Below, piece by piece: positions 8,140 through 18,649 of a stretch of DNA of 64,000 nt. The notes under the pieces were generated by a model. The model had not been told where the DNA came from and made no database searches. It saw nothing but the letters and a program-made list of their open reading frames with translations. The DNA comes from an uncultured Fibrobacterota bacterium. Its GTDB lineage: Bacteria > Fibrobacterota > Chitinivibrionia > Chitinivibrionales > FEN-1185. Position 1 is the stretch's first letter. Every line of letters begins with the position of its first letter. A program made the position numbers and the translations under genes. Where the stretch lies: NCBI GenBank assembly GCA_963753345.1, contig CAVWBU010000035.1, positions 1-64,000 on the forward strand, given 5' to 3'.

Positions 8140-8195
8140 CTCTTCCTTGTTTCCTTCACTCCCCTCTCTTTCAAGAGAGGGGCCGGGGGTGAGTT
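7749..8195. mobile_element. DUF559 gene bracketed by 35-bp inverted palindromic (REP-like) repeats
   Basis: 7749-7783 aactcacccctggcccctctcttgaaagagagggg is the reverse complement of 8161-8195 with 1 mismatch. Confidence 0.6.
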
Positions 8196-8287
8196 GCACC
8201 CTTGACGGATACATCAATTTGCATAAGACAACTTACCAACAGCGCTCCGTAGGTGCCCCCACCAGCTGCTTCATTATATTTATCAGG

Positions 8288-9526
8288 TCAGACACTTTTT
8301 ATCGCATCCACCACATTCATCCCCGCAGCCTGACGCGCGGGCGCCACCGACACGAGCGCGGCAAGCACCGTGCCCAAGCCGACCGAATAGAGTATGTTTG
8401 CCAGGCCCACCGTGGGATAGAGCACGTTGTCAAGCGGCACGCTTATCCTGCTCATGTATGCCGTAAGATCGAGCCCGCACGCATGGAAGATCGCCACTGC
8501 CGCGCCTCCCAGCGCAACGCCCGCCAGGCTCCCCACAAACCCGAGCATCATGCCTTCGGCAAGGAACATGACAAGGACTTCACTCCGCCTGAACCCCATC
8601 GACTTGAGGATGCCGATTTCCTTCCGCCGCTCCAGCACCGCCATCATCATGATGTTGCTGATGATGAACGCTCCGAGCAGGGCGATGACCACGTAGATCC
8701 AGTCGTAGATGCGCGTGACCAGCACGACCGTGGTGTAGGTGTCGCCGACGCGCGTCCACGAGGTCACGCTCATTGACGTATCGGATATATCGGACCGGAT
8801 GCGGGCGGCGACCTTGTCCGCGTTGCGGTAGTCCTTGAGCATGATGATGATCTGCTGGGCCGCGTTGCCCGTGCGCAGAAGGTCCTGGGCGTCCGCAAGA
8901 CCGATCTGAAACATCATGTCGTCGAACACGTTCATGCCCGTGGAAAAAAGTCCCGCGACAACGAATTTCTTCAGGTGCAGGGCGTAGTCGCTGCCGGAGG
9001 TCATCACGCGCACCGTGTCGCCCACGCGAAAGCGGAGGCTCTTTGCCATTGCGCTGCCCATGATGAGGTCGCGCGGCCCGCTCAGGTACCGGCCGCCCGG
9101 AAGGATCGACTTCTGCAGGAGAAGGAGTTCCTTCTCCTTTTCCGGATCGCCGGCAAGCGCGAGCGCCGACTTGTTGAGACCTCCGTTGGAAAGAAGCACG
9201 CCGAAGGTAATGCGCGGGGTGACAAGCGCGATTTCGCGCGAAACAGCGGGATCGGCCCGGATGACGCGGATGACGGAGTCCGGGTTCGCAACCGTGTACG
9301 AGACCGGAAAGAACCTGCTGCGCTCCTCGAACTTCTTCGCGGCGATGCGGATGTGGCCCGCGTCGTTCTTCGTGGCATTCTTCACAAACGATTGTACGAA
9401 CCCGTTCATGAACCCCTGCGCGAACACAATGACCGTGAGGGAAATGGCGACGGACACAAACGCCAGAATCGAACGGCGCCTGTTCCTGCCCACGTTGCGA
9501 AAGGCGAGACGGATCAGAGAGAGCAT
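8288..9526 (-). CDS. ABC transporter permease, FtsX/LolE family
   Basis: RNRRRSIL N-terminus, periplasmic MacB-like domain, ERRKEIGILKSMG motif. Confidence 0.9.
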   Translation of the reverse strand: MLSLIRLAFRNVGRNRRRSILAFVSVAISLTVIVFAQGFMNGFVQSFVKNATKNDAGHIRIAAKKFEERSRFFPVSYTVANPDSVIRVIRADPAVSREIALVTPRITFGVLLSNGGLNKSALALAGDPEKEKELLLLQKSILPGGRYLSGPRDLIMGSAMAKSLRFRVGDTVRVMTSGSDYALHLKKFVVAGLFSTGMNVFDDMMFQIGLADAQDLLRTGNAAQQIIIMLKDYRNADKVAARIRSDISDTSMSVTSWTRVGDTYTTVVLVTRIYDWIYVVIALLGAFIISNIMMMAVLERRKEIGILKSMGFRRSEVLVMFLAEGMMLGFVGSLAGVALGGAAVAIFHACGLDLTAYMSRISVPLDNVLYPTVGLANILYSVGLGTVLAALVSVAPARQAAGMNVVDAIKSV

Positions 9527-9602
9527 GCATTACCTCGTCGGATGATTACATTCCAGATTGCAAAACGTCTGGACATTCGGTGTCACAAATCATGATCGGG
9601 AA

Positions 9603-9626
9603 ACTGTCAACTGTCAACCGTCAACT
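9603..9626. repeat. Heptamer tandem repeat (ACTGTCA-like)
   Basis: actgtca actgtca accgtca act. Confidence 0.6.
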
Positions 9627-9643
9627 CTTGGCTTTAACATCAA

Positions 9644-10899
9644 TCAATTGAAACGGAGCGCCTCCGTCACCTGTATCTTTGACGCCCTGCGCGCCGGGAT
9701 GATTCCGGCAAGAGTTGCAACCGCAATGCCGAGCAGAAAAACCACGACGATGGCCGGAATGTTCCATTCTCCGTATATTGTTCCGGCAACACCATACGAG
9801 GCGGTTGCCACGCTTCCCCCGAGTTTCTCCATGGGTATGCCGGCCGTCACCAGTTGCATGTTGAGCAGCGAGCCCAGTGCCACGCCGAGCACGCTTCCCA
9901 GAAGACCGGTGACCACTCCTTCCAGCATGAACATAATCGAAACGTCCCGCGGTTTCATGCCGTGCGCGCGCAGCACGCCTATTTCCCGAATGCGCTCGTA
10001 CACGCTCATGAACACGGTGTTGAATATCCCGACCACGGCGATAATAAGAATGATTCCCATGATGACAAACCCGCTTGCCCGTTTTGCGCGCGTGAGCTCC
10101 ATCACGCCTGCGCCAAGGTCGAGAAATGTGTTGACGCGCAGGGAAGGAAAATCCCGTTGCAGGTGTTTCTGAATGCCTTGCACGGTGCGGGAGAAACGCG
10201 GAAAGTTGTTGCTTTTCGCAACGGCAACGTCAAGTTCGGTCACCGAGTTCTCCAGATCAAGAAAATCGTTTGCCGCGGCATAGGTCATAAAAATGCCGCT
10301 GTGGTTGATGCCCGGATCAGCCGTGGAGAGCAGGCCTACAATCCTGAACACGTCGGCATTGCGGCTGTCGTATTTGGTAAGCGCATACAGGGTGATGTTG
10401 TCGCCCACGCCCACGCCCAGATCGTGCGCAAGCTGCTTTCCTATGATGATTTCCCGGGTGTTGTCCGCGCTGAAATAGGCGCCGGAAAGGCACGGCTTGA
10501 GGCCGAATACTAGGGTATCCGCGGCCGGGTCGATAACCGTGCCCACCGCAGGAACGGTCTCTTCGTAGTTGGACAACTGGCCGAGAAACTGCGTGCGCCG
10601 CGTGACGTGCGCAACGGCCTTGTCTTTTGCGAGTGCCGCCATGAGCGGTACGAGCGCGCTGTCGAGCGCAAAAGTGAGGGGGAAGGAATCCTTTTCCTTT
10701 TCGTAGGCGGCGGTCTGGATCTTGAGCGCGCCCGCCGACATGGTGATCAGGTTGTCGATGCTCATGCGGTCCACGCCGGTGAGCAGGGAATCCATGCAGA
10801 TGAACGCCATGAGCCCTGCCGCGATGGTGATGGCAGAGAGCACGGTGCGGCGCTTGTGGCGGCCGATGTTGCGCAATGCGATTTTGAGGATCATTCCCA

Positions 10900-10900
<1 letters not shown>
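9644..10900 (-). CDS. ABC transporter permease, FtsX/LolE family
   Basis: RHKRRTVL; ERIREIGVLRAHG; C-terminal PARRASKIQVTEALR. Confidence 0.9.
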
Positions 10901-11590
<690 letters not shown>

Positions 11591-11611
11591 GCTGCCCTAT
11601 CTCCTTTCAAA

Positions 11612-11697
11612 ATTGCAGATTCCAGATTACAAATTCCAAATTGTCAGAAAGGCCAAAATGTTTTTAATTTGTAATCTGCAATCTATAATTTGGAATC
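11612..11697. repeat. Two inverted arrays of degenerate heptamers
   Basis: attgcag attccag attacaa attccaa attg ... aatttgt aatctgc aatctat aatttgg aatc. Confidence 0.7.
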
Positions 11698-11714
11698 ATT
11701 TCTTTACTTCCGGC

Positions 11715-12506
11715 CTACATTTGGTCTGCAAAGCGCCACCATGCAGCGGTACCCGCAAATCCCGCAATCGAAGTTGCGGTTAAAATGAAATAACTTATTG
11801 CTCCCGCATGAGGCAATGCTTCCCTTCCTGCAATGCCGCTGTAAAGCGCAGGAATTCCCCATGGAAAATACGGCATCATATTCGGAACGCCCATCGCGAC
11901 AAAATTGGTCAGGATAAGGGTGAATATGGCAAACCCGACCGGGAGCAGGTATCCGCGGCTTACACTGGCTAAGAAAGCAATGGGTGTGCAAAGGAGCATG
12001 GTCAGCAGGAAGCTGCCGGTGAAAATACTACAGATATGGATTGCGATTTGGGTCGACCAACCGGGCATTCCCACTGCCAGTCCTGCGAGAATGCCGGTGA
12101 TGAAAAGCAGTGCCCCAAGAATGGTGCACCAGATCAGGATAACGATGAACTTCGAAACAACGATGACGGTTCGTGAAACCGGCAATGCAAGCAGGTCTTT
12201 GATCACCCGGTCGGAGTATTCCCTGCCGAAAACCCAAGCAGTGACCATTCCGAAACCAATGGGCCCCATTGCCAGGACAATCTGCACGAGCAGATAGAGA
12301 AAGGAAGACCAGTCGGCTTTCCCGACCGCCGACGTCTTGGCGCTTATTGTCGCGGACCTTCCGGCGATTTCAGGATGCATGGCCACATACATGAGCAAGC
12401 CCATCATGACTGCGATAAACGCGAAGAGCACTGCTGTTATCATGAACATTTTTGATTTTCGCACCTTAAGAATTTCACCCCAAAGTGCCGCAGACAGCCG
12501 ATTCAT
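11715..12506 (-). CDS. ABC-2 permease, BcrB/lantibiotic-immunity type
   Basis: EILKVRKSK; FGREYSDRVIKDLLALPVSR..IV.SK; six transmembrane segments. Confidence 0.85.
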   Translation of the reverse strand: MNRLSAALWGEILKVRKSKMFMITAVLFAFIAVMMGLLMYVAMHPEIAGRSATISAKTSAVGKADWSSFLYLLVQIVLAMGPIGFGMVTAWVFGREYSDRVIKDLLALPVSRTVIVVSKFIVILIWCTILGALLFITGILAGLAVGMPGWSTQIAIHICSIFTGSFLLTMLLCTPIAFLASVSRGYLLPVGFAIFTLILTNFVAMGVPNMMPYFPWGIPALYSGIAGREALPHAGAISYFILTATSIAGFAGTAAWWRFADQM

Positions 12507-12513
12507 GGTGTCC

Positions 12514-13425
12514 TCAATTTTGTCCGATTACTCGCAGGAAATACGTTTCCAGGTCTTCCACCTCAACCTTAAGCATGGACGGCGAATTTCCCGAGTTGAC
12601 AAGCAGGGCATTGACTTTGTCGGGCCGGTCGAGCGCGTCCTTGCCGGTGACCTGGAGAACGTCATTATCGACGACGGCTGTTTCGAATCCTTGTTTTGCA
12701 AGAAACAACAGGGCATTTTGTTTGTCGTGCACGTCAATCAGGAGTCTTTTCTTTCTCAGGGCCTCCAGCGCATCCGTGTTCAATTCCTGGATGAGCCTGC
12801 CTTCATGAATGATCCCGATGCGCGTGGCGAATTTTGAAATTTCCCCCAGTATATGGCTGGAAATAAAAACCGTTGTGCCGTAATTATATGCAAGGTCAAG
12901 AATGAGTTCCCGGATTTCGACAATACCGGCAGGGTCCAGGCCATTCGCAGGTTCATCGAGAATCAAGATTTCGGGGTTGTGAATAAGCGCCTTTGCAAGC
13001 CCCAACCGCTGGGCGTTTCCCAGAGAAAGGTGTCCGGCCTTCTTGTTCCGATACTGTGCTATCCGGAGTTTTTCCATCACTACATCGACGGCTCCTGAAT
13101 CCTGCAGGCAGCGGAGTCTGCGCACTATCTCCAGATTTTCCCATACGGTGAGTTCGGGATAAGCATAGGGGATTTCGACAAGGTAGCCGACGTTGTTCCA
13201 AAGTGCCTTGCTGCCGGGGCTCACCCTGATGCCGCTCAGATACGATTCCCCGGATGTCGGCCGTATCATTCCCAGCAGCATCCGTATGGTAGTGGTTTTG
13301 CCTGCACCATTCAGACCCAGAAATCCGAATATTTCCCCTTTCATGACGCTGAGGGAAATATCGTCCGCGGCTTTGAATGCGCCGAATTTTTTCGTCAGAT
13401 TTTTTGTTTCTATGATGTTTTCCAT
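12514..13425 (-). CDS. ABC transporter ATP-binding protein, BcrA-like
   Basis: GLNGAGKTT, LSLGNAQRL, ILDEPANGLDPAG, SSH. Confidence 0.92.
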   Translation of the reverse strand: MENIIETKNLTKKFGAFKAADDISLSVMKGEIFGFLGLNGAGKTTTIRMLLGMIRPTSGESYLSGIRVSPGSKALWNNVGYLVEIPYAYPELTVWENLEIVRRLRCLQDSGAVDVVMEKLRIAQYRNKKAGHLSLGNAQRLGLAKALIHNPEILILDEPANGLDPAGIVEIRELILDLAYNYGTTVFISSHILGEISKFATRIGIIHEGRLIQELNTDALEALRKKRLLIDVHDKQNALLFLAKQGFETAVVDNDVLQVTGKDALDRPDKVNALLVNSGNSPSMLKVEVEDLETYFLRVIGQN

Positions 13426-13430
13426 TTGAG

Positions 13431-13757
13431 TTATTTCTTTCTCAGCCTTTTGATCAAACCGTCCATCTCTTCCATATACTGTTTGAGCGCCGCGCTGCCC
13501 TTTGCCGTGAGCGCCGCCCGCGTGAGCGGCTTGTTGTCGCGGAATTCCTTGGTGATGGCGACGTATCCCGCGTCCGCAAGCGTGTTGAGCTGCACCGAAA
13601 GGTTGCCTGCTGTAAATTCCAGCTTGTCGCGGATTTCACCGAACGCCACCGCCTTTGCGTCGCTGCTTGCCAGATAGGAAAGGATCAGCAAGCGCGCGCG
13701 TTCGTGGATGATCCTGTCGTTCACCAGCGATCCGAAATCGGGTTCCGCTGCGGTCAT
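13431..13757 (-). CDS. Winged-helix transcriptional regulator (HTH_34/ArsR-like)
   Basis: DRIIHERARLLILSYL...F..IR..LEFTAGNLSVQL..L..AGYV.ITKEF....P.T...LT.KG. Confidence 0.88.
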   Translation of the reverse strand: MTAAEPDFGSLVNDRIIHERARLLILSYLASSDAKAVAFGEIRDKLEFTAGNLSVQLNTLADAGYVAITKEFRDNKPLTRAALTAKGSAALKQYMEEMDGLIKRLRKK

Positions 13758-14428
13758 GCCGGTGTCCGTTTCTTCTGTGGCAGATACCAGATCGCCGAGA
13801 GAAGGAGCAGGCCGCACCCGAGTGTGAGGCAAAGCCCCAGAAGAGCCGAAACGGTATTGAATACCACCAGAATGCAGCCGGTAACAATGAACCAATACCC
13901 GAAGATCAGGAATTCGTCGATCCTCAGAAAGGTGTTGAACGTGTTGTACAGAAGCCCGACGCCGATCGAGATAAAGGGAATGATCAACCTTGCATTGCCC
14001 GTTTTCCATGCGAATATGCATGCAAAAAGCAGGACAAGGCCGGTGGGGATAAAATGGTGGTACATCTTTCCCGAATAGTACTCTCGCATAAGCCGGAACA
14101 GCGAGATACCGGGTTCGAATGTGCGGGCCGACTTCAGCACGCCCGTGTTCTTGAGCACCCCGAGGACGACGCCGTCAAGCGCGATGGCGCAGAACGCGAT
14201 CGCCTTTTGGGACGCCGGAATGGCCGCAAATCCGCCGAAATGTTGTATCAGGAGATGAAACAGGCCGCAGAAGAAAAGCACCGATATTCCGGACAGCAGC
14301 ACCGTGAGCCGCAGCGAGGAGCGGAAATCTATCTGGTTGAGGATCGTGGAGTTTTTTTCAATCGCCTTTTTCACGAATGAAATGTCTTCGGCGAGCCGGT
14401 CTATCTGTTCGCGGGAGAGGGTGTCCAT
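13754..14428 (-). CDS. Membrane protein translationally coupled to the HTH regulator
   Basis: AGGAGG SD; N-terminal 'LAEDISFVKKAIEK'; about 6 transmembrane segments; stop overlaps the next ATG. Confidence 0.75.
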   Translation of the reverse strand: MDTLSREQIDRLAEDISFVKKAIEKNSTILNQIDFRSSLRLTVLLSGISVLFFCGLFHLLIQHFGGFAAIPASQKAIAFCAIALDGVVLGVLKNTGVLKSARTFEPGISLFRLMREYYSGKMYHHFIPTGLVLLFACIFAWKTGNARLIIPFISIGVGLLYNTFNTFLRIDEFLIFGYWFIVTGCILVVFNTVSALLGLCLTLGCGLLLLSAIWYLPQKKRTPA

Positions 14429-14450
14429 AGGGCCTCCTGCTGCATAAAGT

Positions 14451-14504
14451 AGTTTATGTTGCAAACTTATTTATAATATAACGAAAAAATCGGGGATGTG
14501 TCAA
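14451..14504 (-). promoter_or_regulatory. Sigma-70 promoter (TTGACA-N18-TATATT) with downstream palindromic operator AGTTTGcaacaTAAACT
   Basis: Seen on the minus strand upstream of 14428. Confidence 0.65.
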
Positions 14505-14605
14505 GTTCTTTTTTTGATGGAGACACGAAAGGACTGAAGCCTCCCAGATGGGTTGGAGGCGTCGTGAGAGTTGGAGAGCGGGAGACTAAAGGAAGAGGGA
14601 TTATC

Positions 14606-14830
14606 TCAGGAGCACCTGTTCTTCTTCACGTCTTCCCAGTGCTTTCGGAAAGCCTGTGCGTGCTTTTCGATCCACTCCTTGCAGATATCGTTCATGGAGC
14701 GGTCGTTGAGGGGATCATGTCCGATTCGTTCGCCGAGATACCACTTGTATTTCTCAATCTCGTCGATTTCCGCTTTGATCGTTTCTTCCATCTCCTTGCC
14801 GGAGACGGCAGAGTCGCTGTTCTGTTCCAT
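14606..14830 (-). CDS. Small DUF4032-like protein
   Basis: EIDEIEKYKWYLGERIGHDP....EWIEKHA. Confidence 0.65.
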   Translation of the reverse strand: MEQNSDSAVSGKEMEETIKAEIDEIEKYKWYLGERIGHDPLNDRSMNDICKEWIEKHAQAFRKHWEDVKKNRCS

Positions 14831-15099
14831 AGCTCCATTCACCGCGTAAACGGTGCCCCCCGGCAATGCCTACACGTGGCGATCAATGCCGCTGTGATCG
14901 CCGCTAACCATAAAATAATACATTTATCGCGTTCCGAGGCATTCCTGAAGACGCTGCGGCCTGCAATATTCCAACTGCCGGCATGCAGCACCGGTTGCAA
15001 ATCCAGTTCCCCATCTTGGTGCCAGTCTCTTCACCGCCGCGGTCCACACGCGGGACTCATTGCAATCCGGCATCGTCAAACGTATTTTTCTGCATCGCG

Positions 15100-15184
15100 G
15101 GAGGAATAGGATAATGGTAATCCGACGGTCTTGAAAACCGTTGCCAGTAATGGCTTGGGGGTTCGAGTCCCTCTTCCTCCGCCA
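15100..15184 (+). tRNA. tRNA-Ser(TGA)
   Basis: GGAGGAA/TTCCTCC acceptor stem, ACGGT-CT TGA AA-ACCGT anticodon arm, long variable arm, GTTCGAGT, GCCA end. Confidence 0.96.
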
Positions 15185-15192
15185 CTATGCGG

Positions 15193-15230
15193 AAGGGGTT
15201 CCTTGTCAAATGCGCAAGGGGCCCCTTTTT
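15193..15230 (+). terminator. Rho-independent terminator after tRNA-Ser
   Basis: aaggggttccttg...caaggggcccc followed by T6. Confidence 0.65.
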
Positions 15231-15532
15231 GCATGTATGTGTTGCATCCGGAACCGGAAGGGCATGGAAAAAGGTACATGTCATATTCACTTATTAATGA
15301 AGTTTGAACGGTTTTCTTCTTGGTTGAGAAGAGGCGGCTCGGTATGCCGCCCTTTCTTTTGCACTCCCCTTCGACAAAATCAAGTTCGAAATTCCATTCA
15401 GTGCACCTTGCTTTCATCTCAAAATCATTGGACACGATTTCGGCATGTGCCCCGGCGACAATTGTTTTTGCAATCATGAAACGTTCTTGATTTCTTCACA
15501 TCAGTGATAAATTGATAGCTTCGTTTTGCGTG

Positions 15533-15561
15533 TTGACAATAAGCCGTCAGAGCGGTAGAAT
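15533..15561 (+). promoter_or_regulatory. Sigma-70 promoter TTGACA-N17-TAGAAT
   Basis: About 80 bp upstream of the NtrC-type gene. Confidence 0.7.
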
Positions 15562-15639
15562 ATGTTTCCGGATTCTCTCCCATTGTGTTCCACAGCAGAT
15601 CGTCGCTCGCATACCATGAGAAAAGTGTGAAAAGTCGGC

Positions 15640-17022
15640 ATGAATTCACCACTCAACCACCCGCGTAACCAGAACGTGCACATCCTTGTTGCCGACGACG
15701 AGGAGGTGATGCGGGACCTCCTGAATGACATTCTTTCCAGTGAAAAATATTCAGTGACGTCCTACGATCCATCGACATCTGATGCGCTCCTTCTTCAGAT
15801 TCCCTGTGACGTGGCGATACTGGATGTTTTCATGCCGAGCACAAACGGGTTTAAGCTGCTTGAGGAGATCCGGAAATTCTCCCCTGATGCCCAATTCATC
15901 ATCATCACCGGCATGCCGGACCAGGAGGTGCTTCAAAAGGCAATTGACCTCAATGCATATACGTTTCTCACCAAGCCGCTTAATCCCGAGCAGATCAAAT
16001 ACAGCATAATGGGCGCCCTTCGCCTGCGGGAATTGCTCAGGAAAAACCGTGAAATCGATGTGGGTGCCGGCACGCAGAGAATGGGGCTCATCGGGTCGTC
16101 AAAACAAATGGATGATGTGCGGCGGAAAATTGCCGAAATTGCCCCGCTTGAAATTCCCGTGCTGATAACAGGCGAGTCCGGTACTGGCAAGGAAGTGGTC
16201 GCCCGCTGTATCCACGAGTTCAGCCCGCGCGTCAAATGCCGCTTTACGACCGTCAACTGCGCGGGCTTGCCCCAGGGGCTTATTGAGTCGGAATTGTTCG
16301 GCCACGTCCAGGGTGCTTTTACCGGCGCGGTCAAAACCAAGCAGGGTTATTTTGAAGTCACCGACGGCGGCACCCTTTTCCTCGACGAAATAGGCGACCT
16401 GCCGCTTGAGCTGCAGAGCCGGCTTTTGCATGTGCTTGACAGAGGTGAATACAACAGGGTGGGCGACACGGAACCCAGGCGTGCCGACGTGCGGATCGTG
16501 TGCGCAACAAATTGCGACCTTGCCGCCATGATGGAAAGGGGGGCGTTCCGCAAGGACCTGTATTACCGGCTGCACGGGGCGCAACTATCGCTGCTGCCCC
16601 TGCGAAAGCGGAAAGAAGACATCCCCGAGCTGGTGCGGTATTTTCTGTCCGAGGGGGAGTGCGCTATTGTCCCGGATGCAATGCAGGCGCTCAAAGGCCA
16701 CGAATGGCCCGGAAATATCCGGGAGCTCAAAATGACCGTGTCGAACCTGAAGGGCATCTGTAAGAACAGGATAATAACCCAAGAAAACGTGGCCGACATC
16801 ATGGGGATCCGCGTACACGGAGATGACAACGCGGAGTCACCGGTACCGTACAGGGAATTCAAGAACAATGTGCTGTCGGCCGCGGAAAAGGAATATTTCA
16901 AATCGCTTGTTGATGCGTCGTCGGGAAACATCGCCAAGGCGGCCAGAATGGCTGGAATAGACAGAAAGAATTTTTATGAAAAGTTGAAGCAATTCGGATT
17001 GACAATCAAGAAAGATGTGTAA
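15640..17022 (+). CDS. Sigma-54-dependent response regulator (NtrC/AtoC family)
   Basis: Receiver domain, GESGTGKE, ESELFGH.QGAFTGA, LFLDEIGD, WPGNIREL, C-terminal Fis-type HTH. Confidence 0.95.
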   Translation: MNSPLNHPRNQNVHILVADDEEVMRDLLNDILSSEKYSVTSYDPSTSDALLLQIPCDVAILDVFMPSTNGFKLLEEIRKFSPDAQFIIITGMPDQEVLQKAIDLNAYTFLTKPLNPEQIKYSIMGALRLRELLRKNREIDVGAGTQRMGLIGSSKQMDDVRRKIAEIAPLEIPVLITGESGTGKEVVARCIHEFSPRVKCRFTTVNCAGLPQGLIESELFGHVQGAFTGAVKTKQGYFEVTDGGTLFLDEIGDLPLELQSRLLHVLDRGEYNRVGDTEPRRADVRIVCATNCDLAAMMERGAFRKDLYYRLHGAQLSLLPLRKRKEDIPELVRYFLSEGECAIVPDAMQALKGHEWPGNIRELKMTVSNLKGICKNRIITQENVADIMGIRVHGDDNAESPVPYREFKNNVLSAAEKEYFKSLVDASSGNIAKAARMAGIDRKNFYEKLKQFGLTIKKDV

Positions 17023-17190
17023 GAGAGAGGTATTATTGCCACAGTCATCCGCCCATATTCGCAACCCGATGAAACGAAACACGTAACGCCCGTTTTCCCT
17101 CTCATTCAGCTGCGGTAAAACAACCACGCTTTTCGGGTTGTTGATCTTCCTGTCGCCCGGCCAGCATTCCCATAGTAGACATTGGTTTAC

Positions 17191-17232
17191 AATCAATAAG
17201 TTTCGAACCAGGAATTTGGCGCGGCAGTTGCG
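17191..17232 (+). promoter_or_regulatory. Sigma-54 (-24/-12) promoter with upstream IHF-like site
   Basis: TTGGCGCGGCAGTTGC (GG-N10-GC) at 17216-17231; AATCAATAAGTTT at 17191-17203 is a near match to WATCAANNNNTTR. Confidence 0.65.
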
Positions 17233-17365
17233 TCATAGATTTCGCAACTCAATCTAGGAGTGTTCAGTTTATTCGCGAAACCATCATGAAAATGAGTGCG
17301 AAATGGTTTGGGGTGAGCCGCAAAGAGCGCGAGGCGAACAAAGGGTGAATAAAAGGGGGAAACGG

Positions 17366-18007
17366 ATGCGAAAATTACCTTCAGGATGGTCAAACCGATC
17401 AAGCGCATTTCTTCTGTCTTTGACAATGGCCGGGATGATCTTCGGTCAGACCACGCATTTTACATTCACGGCAAAGACCGGTTCCAACATGACCCTAATG
17501 GTGCCTCGCGCCATTAACCCGACCATCAACGGCAAGGCTCTTCAGTCAGGGGATGAAATAGGAGTTTTTACCACTGGCGGCCTATGTGTTGGGGCAAGTG
17601 TGTGGCCCGACACTGGAAATATTCCCCTTACCGCGTGGGGCTGGGATTCGGTCGACGCAGCCACCGTTTTTTCGGGTGCCCGGGCCGGTGAGGTTCTCGA
17701 GTACCGGATATGGAACAAATCCATGGAGATGCCAGCCACGGCGAGTTATTCGAATTCTCAACCATTCTACTCGGCTACCGGCGCATACTCAACTAACGGC
17801 ATTGCGGTTTTGTCCTCTTTAACCGCCGTCTCCCTGCCACAACCGGGGTATACAGGAACCATGCCGGCTAAGAACACACCAGCCAAAGTAATAGGTCCGG
17901 TAAACCTGAAATGTTGCGATCTCAGAGGACGGTCGCTTCCGGCAACTTCGGAGAGCACGAATATTCGCGTTTCCGAGGCTGGCAATGTCATTAGAATATC
18001 AAGATAA
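17366..18007 (+). CDS. Secreted protein with 'THFTF..TG.NMT..GDEIGVF' beta domain
   Basis: SD ggggga, signal peptide, paralogous to the N-terminus of 26391..27608; ends with a short DLRGR tail. Confidence 0.7.
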   Translation: MRKLPSGWSNRSSAFLLSLTMAGMIFGQTTHFTFTAKTGSNMTLMVPRAINPTINGKALQSGDEIGVFTTGGLCVGASVWPDTGNIPLTAWGWDSVDAATVFSGARAGEVLEYRIWNKSMEMPATASYSNSQPFYSATGAYSTNGIAVLSSLTAVSLPQPGYTGTMPAKNTPAKVIGPVNLKCCDLRGRSLPATSESTNIRVSEAGNVIRISR

Positions 18008-18649
18008 ATTGCATTTCAGCGGACATCTGGTATTGGAGCACCAGATTGCGTCCGGTCAACACCCTGCAGACAAAATCTGACTGATGCATATCACGGTAGC
18101 CTTGTTGCACCGCGGCCTCTTTCGGGATTCTCCCATGCTGCTGCAAAACCGGCCGAGTCAAAGCTGACATAGTTCCGCGTTTTCCATATCCTTTCCTGCC
18201 GACATACTTCTAACCCGAAAAAATTGCCTGCCGAGACGGCTTGTGTTTTTTGTTAATTGCTTGATCTGATCACAACTACTAATTAAGGATGTTTGTCCGG
18301 CTCTGCTCAGGACACAGTTCATTTCTGCATTCTTGCATTGATTTTACCTTTGAACAACCTTTGCTATTCGAAATGCAGGAAGCCTCCAGCTTTCTTGGGA
18401 GTAAGAAGATAGATCAAAAAATGTGTTGCAATTTTTCTATAATGATGTAAAATAGTGCTTAGGTTAACCGCATAACCTCGTTTCGGGAATCCATTCCGTG
18501 GATTTGATTTGAAAGGGCCTACCGGTAACCATTATGTCGAATCCGCCAGGATGGCAGTTTCGATAGCAAGGAAGCAATTGTTGCAATCAAGAGTTGGTCT
18601 TAAAACAACTCGAGGAAGCCGGCATCGAAATCAGGGGAGGCAAAGCAAG

